DNA of 64,000 bases from an uncultured Alphaproteobacteria bacterium. GTDB taxonomy: Bacteria; Pseudomonadota; Alphaproteobacteria; Rhodobacterales; Rhodobacteraceae. The notes beneath the pieces are model-generated. The model was not told the DNA's origin. It saw only the letters and a program-made list of their open reading frames with translations, and made no database searches. This document shows, in pieces, positions 49,905-57,637 of the stretch (position 1 is its first letter; every line of letters begins with the position of its first letter). The translations under genes were made by a program, and so were the position numbers. The stretch is from the NCBI GenBank assembly GCA_902537415.1, contig CACBBC010000005.1, forward strand, positions 14,842 to 78,841, in the 5' to 3' direction.

Positions 49905-50699
49905 TTGGATAGATTACCCCGTTTCAATCAAGAATACGAACCCTTGAACGTGGCGTCACCATTCTCTGTAAAATTACTTCCGAAAGATATTCAACAAGTA
50001 GCTCTATTCCTAGACGTTGATGGCACTCTATATGAGATTGAAAACAGTCCAGGCTTAATCAAGCCTTGTTTTAGTTTGCAGAAAAAACTGCTCACCATCC
50101 GTAATAGACTTCAAGGTGCGTTAGGGCTTATAAGTGGCAGGACTTTAGATGATCTAGATAGGCTTTTTGATAAAAATAAAATTTCTTTTGCTGGGAACCA
50201 CGGAGCACAATTGAGAGATGCACTCCGAATTAAGGAGCACCAGGCCAATACCGAAAACATAAAGGATATTGCCCATAAAATTAAAGAATTACTTATTGGA
50301 CAAAAAAATATTGAGATTGAAAACAAGGGTTCAAATTTAACTGTTCATTTTCGAAATTCAACGATCGATAGGAAAAAAATCAATCGAATAATAATGGAGC
50401 TTGTCAAATCTGACCCTAGTTTAACTTTCCTAAAAGGAAAGGAAGTTTTGGAAGTTAAACCCCTGAGCCATAATAAAGGAACGGCAATTTCATATTTTAT
50501 GAAAACTAAACCTTTTATAAAACGGAGACCTATCTTTATCGGTGATGATGTAACCGATGAGGATGGTTTTGAAACTGTCAACAATAAAGGTGGCTGGTCA
50601 GTTCGTGTTGGAAATTATAAAAGGAGTAAGGCCAACTTCTTTTTACCTAATGTTAAATCCGTTCACGGAGTAATGAAGCAACTTCTAAAATCAAGGTAA
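49905..50699 (+). CDS. otsB: trehalose-phosphatase
   Basis: 264 aa with HAD motifs FLDVDGTL and GDDVTDEDGF. The ORF opens with a TTG start, and the true start is uncertain. Confidence 0.8.
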   Translation: MDRLPRFNQEYEPLNVASPFSVKLLPKDIQQVALFLDVDGTLYEIENSPGLIKPCFSLQKKLLTIRNRLQGALGLISGRTLDDLDRLFDKNKISFAGNHGAQLRDALRIKEHQANTENIKDIAHKIKELLIGQKNIEIENKGSNLTVHFRNSTIDRKKINRIIMELVKSDPSLTFLKGKEVLEVKPLSHNKGTAISYFMKTKPFIKRRPIFIGDDVTDEDGFETVNNKGGWSVRVGNYKRSKANFFLPNVKSVHGVMKQLLKSR

Positions 50700-50715
50700 A
50701 TCAAATAGGAGAGTT

Positions 50716-52098
50716 ATGAGTAGAGTAGTCGTTATTTCTAATAGGGTCATGCATCCCAACGAAAAAAAACCTGAGGCATCTGGCGGACTTGCCGTTGCAT
50801 TATATGATACGTTGAAGGAAACAAACGGTCTTTGGTTTGGTTGGAGTGGAAGAATTACCACAAAAGAAATCAAACCAAATGTAAAAAAGGATGAAGGAAT
50901 AACTTATGCCATAGTTGATTTAACCAAAAAAGATTACGAAAATTACTATAACGGTTATTGTAACGAAGTACTATGGCCTATTTTTCACTACAGATTGGAC
51001 TTGGTAGCTTATTCTAAATTAAAATTTGAAAGTTATAAGACCGTAAATGAGTCATTTTCATTTAAAGTCAAAAAACTTCTCAATAATGAAGATTTGATAT
51101 GGGTGCATGATTATCATTTTTTATTGATGGCAAGAGAGTTGAGAAAGCTTAAATGTACACAAAAAATAGGCTTCTTTTTACACATTCCATGGCCATCAAA
51201 AGAAATTTTGACTGCATTACCTGATCATCGAGAACTTGTTGATGCACTCTTAGAGTTTGACTTGATAGGCTTTCAAACTAGAAAACATGTACTTACCTTT
51301 TTAGATTATATCATTAGTGAGCTAGGAGGATCAGTTGAACCAGATGGATCAATATTTGCTTTAGGTAAAAAGGCTAAGGTAAAGCATTTTCCAATATCTA
51401 TAGATACGAACAAAATTATAAAAATATCAGAAGAGACTGATAACTCTCCTCAGGTAAAAAGACTAGTCAAAAGTATTAAAACGGACAAACTAATTATCGG
51501 CGTCGATAGGCTAGACTATTCGAAGGGACTTGAGCTTAGATTCGCAGCGTATAATCATCTTCTAAAAAATCATAGTGACCACATCGGATCAACAACTTTG
51601 CTTCAAATAGCCCCTACCTCAAGAGGTTCTGTTTTTCAATATAAAGAAATAAGAAAAAAATTAGAGCTTAGTGCTGGACAAATAAATAGTGCGTATGGTG
51701 ACTTTGATTGGACGCCAATAAGGTATCTCAACAAAGGATTCCAGCAAAAAAGTCTTATGGGATTTTTTAGAAATAGTAGAATTGGACTTGTAACACCACT
51801 AAGAGATGGAATGAATTTGGTGGCAAAGGAATATATAGCGGCTCAACGCGCGAGTGATCCAGGAGTGCTAATTTTGTCAAGATTTGCAGGCGCAGCAGAA
51901 GAATTGCCAGACGCATTGATTGTTAACCCCCATGATCCGGAGGGAGTAGCAAAAACATTGAATTATGCACTAAAAATGCCTAAGCAGGAACGCTTGAGGA
52001 GATGGCTAAATGCTTTTGATCAATTACATTCGTTTAATATAAATATTTGGAGGACTCACTTTATCGACGCATTGGAAACATCCATAATTACAAAGTAA
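50716..52098 (+). CDS. otsA: alpha,alpha-trehalose-phosphate synthase (GT20)
   Basis: 460 aa with OtsA signatures VVISNR...GGLAVAL...WFGWSG and IWVHDYHFLL. Confidence 0.88.
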   Translation: MSRVVVISNRVMHPNEKKPEASGGLAVALYDTLKETNGLWFGWSGRITTKEIKPNVKKDEGITYAIVDLTKKDYENYYNGYCNEVLWPIFHYRLDLVAYSKLKFESYKTVNESFSFKVKKLLNNEDLIWVHDYHFLLMARELRKLKCTQKIGFFLHIPWPSKEILTALPDHRELVDALLEFDLIGFQTRKHVLTFLDYIISELGGSVEPDGSIFALGKKAKVKHFPISIDTNKIIKISEETDNSPQVKRLVKSIKTDKLIIGVDRLDYSKGLELRFAAYNHLLKNHSDHIGSTTLLQIAPTSRGSVFQYKEIRKKLELSAGQINSAYGDFDWTPIRYLNKGFQQKSLMGFFRNSRIGLVTPLRDGMNLVAKEYIAAQRASDPGVLILSRFAGAAEELPDALIVNPHDPEGVAKTLNYALKMPKQERLRRWLNAFDQLHSFNINIWRTHFIDALETSIITK

Positions 52099-52146
52099 TA
52101 AGGTTATAAACAAAAAGAAGGCACTTTATTCTTTTAAGTTAACTTT

Positions 52147-52256
52147 TTGACAACACTATTCGTGATTTTCACGGTAACTCATTAGAGGCATCAGAAGTAT
52201 AAGAATAACATTAAAAAGTTATTAGAAACCTTATAACTCCTTGTAACAATAACTAC
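52147..52256 (+). repeat. conserved ~105-nt arm-like element, copy 3 (single TTGACAAC, palindrome CGTGATTTTCACG, GGTAAC)
   Basis: Collinear with copies 1 and 2, but its distal half is more diverged. Confidence 0.7.
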
Positions 52257-52302
52257 GTTTTGATCCAGTGTACCGTAGGTTCGAATTCTACCATCCTAGC
52301 CA
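52257..52302 (+). repeat. copy of the tRNA-Gln 3' half (attR-like), 46 nt
   Basis: GTTTTGATCCAGTGTACCGTAGGTTCGAATTCTACCATCCTAGCCA shows 4 mismatches to the tRNA by my count. Confidence 0.8.
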
Positions 52303-52366
52303 TTTGTCCGTAAGTGCTTAGTGATTCTCTAGAATTTATTTTCCTGCACTACTCCATTTTTGAATT

Positions 52367-52780
52367 TTACTCATACATTCGCGCAACTGCAGGTATCACT
52401 CCTCTGTGGTTCAGGCTTTGATCAACTGAAGATGGCTTCAATATCTCTTGTAAATAGTCCAATGCATTCCGCGGATCACAATGCCCACACATGAAAATAT
52501 CAAGTGAAGCAAAATTACGTTCTGGCCAAGTATGTATACTTATGTGACTTTCAGATAAAACTGTTACACCGCTTACGCCCATACCTTCGCCAAAAGGATG
52601 ATAGTAAGAATGCAGGATCATCGCGCCAGCCTTGCGAGCACTTTCTTCTATTGTTTCTTTTATAAAATCTAAATCACCCATTCGTTCCACATCCCAAAAA
52701 TCAGCAAGTATATGCCTTCCTGCAAATTGATCACCTGTTTTTGAACATGTTACGAAATAGTCGCTATCGAGATGGTTCAT
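52367..52780 (-). CDS. speD: S-adenosylmethionine decarboxylase proenzyme (small bacterial class)
   Basis: Contains the canonical self-processing and active-site motif LSESHISIHTWPE. The Met at 52780 lies 1 nt after the speE stop. The longer ORF reaching 52849 overlaps speE and is not needed. Confidence 0.85.
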   Translation of the reverse strand: MNHLDSDYFVTCSKTGDQFAGRHILADFWDVERMGDLDFIKETIEESARKAGAMILHSYYHPFGEGMGVSGVTVLSESHISIHTWPERNFASLDIFMCGHCDPRNALDYLQEILKPSSVDQSLNHRGVIPAVARMYE

Positions 52781-52781
52781 T

Positions 52782-53693
52782 TTATACTGCCTCCTCTTCT
52801 TTCTTGGATCTTCTATTAATGTCATCTCGGATCCATGGAGGAAGAACAAAAGATGCCAAATGCATTTCTGGACTGTAATGTCTAGTTTTAAAACATGCTC
52901 TTTTAAAACGTTTGTTTAGTGTTTCTAAAAGGGGTAGTGACCAAGTAGAATTAAGAACTCCAAAACCGAGTGTCATGTATCCGCCATAATACGTTGGGAT
53001 CGCAGCAATATAACAACTAGCGCTCAATCCTGCATTCTTTAGGCAAGATAAAGTACCTCCAACCTCACCTGGCTGGAATTGAGGGACACCTCCTTGGGTC
53101 GAAACCACAGCATTTTCCCTAAGAATTTTTACTAAGTTTTTATAAAATTCATGGCTGAATAATTTCTCCCCAGGGCCAATAGGATCAGTTGAGTCAATTA
53201 TAACCGCATCAAACTTTAAATCTGTTTCTTTCACATACATAAAAGCATCACCAACGATTAGTTGCACTCTAGTATCTTTGTAAACTTCACCTCCATTATT
53301 AACGCTAGGTATATAGTCCACACAGGCATCAATCACCATCTGATCAATTTCTGCCATGACAACCCTTTTTATGCCTTCATGCCGAAGAACTTCGCGCAAA
53401 ATCCCACCATCACCACCGCCAATAATAAGAACATTCTCTGGTTTTTCATGCGAAAAAAGGGGTACATGCGTCATCATCTCTTGATAAACGAATTCATCAC
53501 ATTCTGTGATCTGAATTGCACCATCAATGGCTAATACACGACCAAGTGTATCGTTCTCGTAAATTGCAATATCTTGATATTCGCTCTTTCCTTCAAATAA
53601 GGTTCTATTGATTTCGAAACCCTGGAATGCCTTACTCCCTTTAAGGGTATAAATGCTTTCAACATCTTCTATAAAATTACGCCGCGCGCTCAT
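52782..53693 (-). CDS. speE: spermidine synthase / polyamine aminopropyltransferase
   Basis: 303 aa with the SpeE signature VLIIGGGDGGILREVLRH and DSTDPIGPG. Confidence 0.88.
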   Translation of the reverse strand: MSARRNFIEDVESIYTLKGSKAFQGFEINRTLFEGKSEYQDIAIYENDTLGRVLAIDGAIQITECDEFVYQEMMTHVPLFSHEKPENVLIIGGGDGGILREVLRHEGIKRVVMAEIDQMVIDACVDYIPSVNNGGEVYKDTRVQLIVGDAFMYVKETDLKFDAVIIDSTDPIGPGEKLFSHEFYKNLVKILRENAVVSTQGGVPQFQPGEVGGTLSCLKNAGLSASCYIAAIPTYYGGYMTLGFGVLNSTWSLPLLETLNKRFKRACFKTRHYSPEMHLASFVLPPWIRDDINRRSKKEEEAV

Positions 53694-54129
53694 TTCTTTC
53701 CTCCTCGGTAAAGTTTCTTACATTACACTGATTTGCCTTGTGAAACCCCCTGTCCATATTATGCATATTGGCTTGAGTAGGTTTGAAATATTTTTTACAA
53801 ATTTCAAGCGCTACTTCTACGTCAAATGCTTTACAAGAGAAAACATCAATATACACCTGTCCAATATTTTCAGCAAAATGTGCGGCAACGTTGGAAGTTT
53901 CAATCATCTGAAGTAAAGTGTAGCCCGCAGCCTCATGGGAATGCGTGGCAAAATGCTCGATTATTGGTTCACCGTAAGCTACCATGTCAATAGCCTGTAC
54001 TAGCTCTTTACTCCAATCCAGTATATTTTCTTTATCTGCTAGTAACTCTTTGGGACAACCGTTGAAGTCTAATACTAAATGCTGACCCCACGGTGCTCGC
54101 GCCGAATTAGTTTCATTTTGTGTCGTCAT
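53677..54129 (-). CDS. divergent AdoMetDC-fold paralogue (function unresolved)
   Basis: 150 aa. GQHLVLDFNGC...YTLLQMIETSNVAAHFAE...IDVFSCK is collinear with small SpeD proteins, but the ESH...HTWPE core is replaced by ETS...AHFAE. Confidence 0.65.
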   Translation of the reverse strand: MTTQNETNSARAPWGQHLVLDFNGCPKELLADKENILDWSKELVQAIDMVAYGEPIIEHFATHSHEAAGYTLLQMIETSNVAAHFAENIGQVYIDVFSCKAFDVEVALEICKKYFKPTQANMHNMDRGFHKANQCNVRNFTEEERNERAA

Positions 54130-54541
54130 TTCTTTCTCCTTTAATGATTGGCATGGACCAAAGTTCTAAAAAGAAAAAGCTCGCGATAAAAGGCTTAAAA
54201 CGTTCAATGCTTCAATGGCAGTAATACCGGCTATGGCATACAACGTTATTTAATAACGCAAACCCTCTCAAAACTAGGCGGATGGGACTTTATGCAGCAA
54301 GCATCGAACAAAGCCCGCCCCGAATTAAAAACATTTACGCCGTTGCATAACCATTATCTGAAATTTTCAGGGGTTAGAGACACGTGCGTAACCGAATGTA
54401 TACAAAATTTTTAAAAAAAAGAAATAAAAAAATTCTTCTGCGTAAATTAATTATTTAAGTCTTGATAATTAAAAACACATTTTTGCCAGATAATGGAAAT
54501 AATAAATATGAGTTAGAATTAAAGAGAGAAGATTTTTTCAG

Positions 54542-54748
54542 TTAAAAATACTTAGAATTTACCCAAACAAAATCCTCAGCGTCACTAAAAAATTCGAAAG
54601 ACATTTCAGGTACAATTAAAGAAGTAATGGGTCTACTGCAACCGCTCCAATAGTATGTGTTGGCATCTTGTTTATTTTCTGCAGTATCCATCCCTATATA
54701 AATATATGTGTTATCAGTATCTTTATAATCCCACATAACAATTTTCAT
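54542..54748 (-). CDS. hypothetical small protein (68 aa)
   Basis: Open frame only. The composition is not low-complexity, and I recognise no motif. Confidence 0.3.
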   Translation of the reverse strand: MKIVMWDYKDTDNTYIYIGMDTAENKQDANTYYWSGCSRPITSLIVPEMSFEFFSDAEDFVWVNSKYF

Positions 54749-54850
54749 AATTTCATTTTTTTATATTTACTTCCAGCCTTAGTTACATTCCATTTTCTCA
54801 AGATACATCGATATAAAACAAACTAATATCCCTTGAAGATAATTCCTGTT

Positions 54851-55738
54851 TTACATTTTACTGTTTCTAGAAATCAAAATCCCACCAAAAACAATTAGAC
54901 CACTCCCAGCAACGGTTGAAATCGTTAAAGGGTCTTGGAAAAATATAATTCCTACTATAGATGCAAAGAAAAGATGAAAATATGAAAATGGTTGTAATAC
55001 ACTAGCCTCTGTATGGCGATAGGCATTGGTAAGCAAAAAGTGGCCTACTAGGCTAAACATACACAACAAAATAAGAAAGTATAAATCAGATAATTCTATC
55101 GGCTGATAAAATAAAGGGCTAGGTATTGTGATCGCAATTGCGGAAACTAGAGATACCCAAAAAAAACTCGTTTCAGTATTATCTGTAGAAGCTACCTTTC
55201 TTGTAAGTACCACATAAATTGCGAAGTTAACTGCAGCGATCAAAGGTAAGGCAGATACTAACGAGAATTCCAGATTTACAGGATTAATAATAATAGTTAC
55301 TCCTAAAAAGCCTACCCCCACTGCTACTATTTTTGTTCTTGTAATTTCCTCTTCTAAAAACAGCCCAGACAGCAGCACGGTTAGGAGAGGGAAAACCGCC
55401 ATTAGTGCGTGTGTAACTATTAATCCAACTTGAGTATATGAATAGATAGCCATTAATAAAGACGAAATAAATAAGAGGCCCCTAAAAATCTGGGCAATTG
55501 GTTGCTTTGTCTTTAAAATTGAGAGTAAAACACCCGGGCCTCTTAAGCTGACTAAAATTACAAAACTGCCAATTACCCAAAATCGGAACATATTGATGTT
55601 TAATACATCATAAAGTTCAGCCATGTACCGCGACATACCATCCATCAATGCTAGAAAGAAGGTCGCTATAATTAGAGTAATTATTCCTTTTTTTGATGAA
55701 GTGGTCATAATTATTGCTATAAATGGAAAACACTCCAA
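54851..55738 (-). CDS. EamA/DMT-family transporter
   Basis: 295 aa with about 10 TM segments. Confidence 0.7.
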   Translation of the reverse strand: MECFPFIAIIMTTSSKKGIITLIIATFFLALMDGMSRYMAELYDVLNINMFRFWVIGSFVILVSLRGPGVLLSILKTKQPIAQIFRGLLFISSLLMAIYSYTQVGLIVTHALMAVFPLLTVLLSGLFLEEEITRTKIVAVGVGFLGVTIIINPVNLEFSLVSALPLIAAVNFAIYVVLTRKVASTDNTETSFFWVSLVSAIAITIPSPLFYQPIELSDLYFLILLCMFSLVGHFLLTNAYRHTEASVLQPFSYFHLFFASIVGIIFFQDPLTISTVAGSGLIVFGGILISRNSKM

Positions 55739-55778
55739 CTAATGGACTATTTAAAAAAATTTAGCAATATATTTAAAA

Positions 55779-56069
55779 CTAGTACCCCTCTACCATAAGT
55801 ATATATCCTGTTGAGTTTTCTTTGCGTATATCAATTATTTTTGCATACTCTTCTGACTCATAGAATTGCTTTGCTTTTTCAAGAGTATCAAATTCAACTA
55901 CTACATCACGATTACCCTGCGGGGTTCCTTCAGCAATAATTTGATCGCCACCTCTTATTAAGTACCTACCCCCAAATCTTTTTATTATGTTTTCTGTTTC
56001 AGAAGCGTATTGTTGATATTTTTTTGGATTTGTAATTGTTATTTGTCCAATCAGATAGCCTTTTTTCAT
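55779..56069 (-). CDS. DUF1330-domain protein
   Basis: 96 aa. The pattern Y...I.I.N...Y..Y......I..FGGRYL.RGG...EG is typical of DUF1330. Confidence 0.7.
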   Translation of the reverse strand: MKKGYLIGQITITNPKKYQQYASETENIIKRFGGRYLIRGGDQIIAEGTPQGNRDVVVEFDTLEKAKQFYESEEYAKIIDIRKENSTGYILMVEGY

Positions 56070-56102
56070 AGTTCAACCTTAGTATTCTCAATTAAATTTA
56101 TA

Positions 56103-56519
56103 TTAGTTTAATTTTGGCTGTGTCTCAAATGTCCGATCTGTTTCGATACATTGCACCCAGTCCAAACAAGACTTTTTCCACACTTGCCTCGTCGGATGAA
56201 GGCTCTTTCTTTGTCTAATTGTCCCGACTCTCAACCCAAAAAAACCCGATTTTCCATTTTCAGGTTTAGCATAAATTCTTGTTCCACACTTTCCACAAAA
56301 TGCCAACTCACGTTTTGCTCCACTGTCTGCTAATTTAATATAAAAGCTCAATTCTCCTTTTAAAAGATTGAAACTATCATTAATAGCACCAACAACATAA
56401 CCAAATGCAGTGCCAGAATTTATCTGACAATCCGTACAGTGACAGATTGTTGTCGTCTCTGGGTCAACAATAGCTTCAAACTGAATTTGCCCACATAGAC
56501 ATGTCCCATCTATATTCAT
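56103..56519 (-). CDS. GFA-family (CENP-V/glutathione-dependent formaldehyde-activating) protein
   Basis: 138 aa with the zinc ligand pattern CLCG...CHCTDCQ...FCGKCG. Confidence 0.75.
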   Translation of the reverse strand: MNIDGTCLCGQIQFEAIVDPETTTICHCTDCQINSGTAFGYVVGAINDSFNLLKGELSFYIKLADSGAKRELAFCGKCGTRIYAKPENGKSGFFGLRVGTIRQRKSLHPTRQVWKKSCLDWVQCIETDRTFETQPKLN

Positions 56520-56634
56520 TCAATACCTTTCTAATCCTTAAATGCTTCAGAGTATGGATCCTTGAATCATAAGAGTACAACTATTTTTTAAAAATAACCC
56601 TAGAAAGTTCTTTGAATATATATAGAAATAACTC

Positions 56635-57588
56635 ATGCTTTGGTTAGATCATCGATATTTAGGAATTATTGTTGCTTTCATGACAGTTTCTATCTGGGCT
56701 GTCTTCATAGTTGCTACTAGATTTTCTGTAAGCACTAACTTTACGGTCGAGGAGATTTTATTTTTAAGATTAGTACCGAGTACCTTGATCATGGCACCTT
56801 TTATGATCAAATATGATTTGATCCCCAGAGGTCTGTCTTGGTTAAAAGCTGGAATGTTAATGATTGGTGCTAGTGCTGTTTTCCCATACATTGTTTCAAG
56901 TGGACTATCGTTTGCACCAGCTTCCGACGGTGGAGTGCTTGCTCCCGGTATGCTACCTTTCTGGACCGCACTAGCTGCTTTTTTGATTTTAGGTGAAAAG
57001 TTAGACCAAATTCGTCGAGCCGGATTGTTTGTTATACTTATCGGGGCGCTATTGGTTGGCTTATGGCAAATATTATTTAATTCTGATGAAGGAGTATGGA
57101 GGGGCCATATTCTTTTTCTTATTGGGTCTGGATTATTTGCTGTCTATTCAGTTGTTTTTCGGCAAAGTGGACTTACTCCTCTTCACGGTCTTTTAATAGG
57201 TTTGTTTTGGGGCACTCTATTTTTAACCCCAATACTACTTCTCACAGGAAAGGTAAACTTCAACAATGTATCTCTATTGGATATAGGCATAACTATTGTC
57301 ATTCAAAGTTTAATAATCGGTATTTTAGCCACCATTCTTTTCAACTACGGGGTTCGATTAATAGGAGCATCAGAGATGGGAGCCTTTGGTGCGTTAACGC
57401 CAATACTTGCAATGCTAGGAGGAATTATATTTTTAAATGAGACCGTGCCAGCAATCAAAATGGTAGGCGTTTTTCTGGTAGCCATCGGCGTATTTTTGGC
57501 ATCTGGCATCCTGAAGCTAAAGAGCCACAAAAACGAAAAATCATTGGGGAAAGAACATTACCAAAATGATATAAGGAACCAAATTTGA
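56635..57588 (+). CDS. EamA/DMT-family transporter
   Basis: 317 aa polytopic protein with two EamA-like halves. Confidence 0.7.
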   Translation: MLWLDHRYLGIIVAFMTVSIWAVFIVATRFSVSTNFTVEEILFLRLVPSTLIMAPFMIKYDLIPRGLSWLKAGMLMIGASAVFPYIVSSGLSFAPASDGGVLAPGMLPFWTALAAFLILGEKLDQIRRAGLFVILIGALLVGLWQILFNSDEGVWRGHILFLIGSGLFAVYSVVFRQSGLTPLHGLLIGLFWGTLFLTPILLLTGKVNFNNVSLLDIGITIVIQSLIIGILATILFNYGVRLIGASEMGAFGALTPILAMLGGIIFLNETVPAIKMVGVFLVAIGVFLASGILKLKSHKNEKSLGKEHYQNDIRNQI

Positions 57589-57637
57589 CTGAATATCTTT
57601 TAAAACTACTCTTTAGTCAATAATAGAGGAATGAAAC

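Larger units (their letters stand above)
43077..52302. mobile_element. tandem tRNA-Gln-associated genomic-island array (three cargo modules bounded by tRNA 3'-half repeats); no recombinase gene present
   Basis: An intact tRNA-Gln is followed by three downstream copies of its 3' half. Each copy is preceded by the same ~105-nt element. Cargo in each module is unrelated. See findings. Confidence 0.6.

Noticed and set aside
52781-52849. N-terminal 23-aa extension of the speD ORF overlapping speE
   Set aside because: An internal Met one nucleotide after the speE stop gives a protein of normal SpeD length. The extension (MFFLHGSEMTLIEDPRKKRRQYK) has no counterpart in SpeD proteins that I know.
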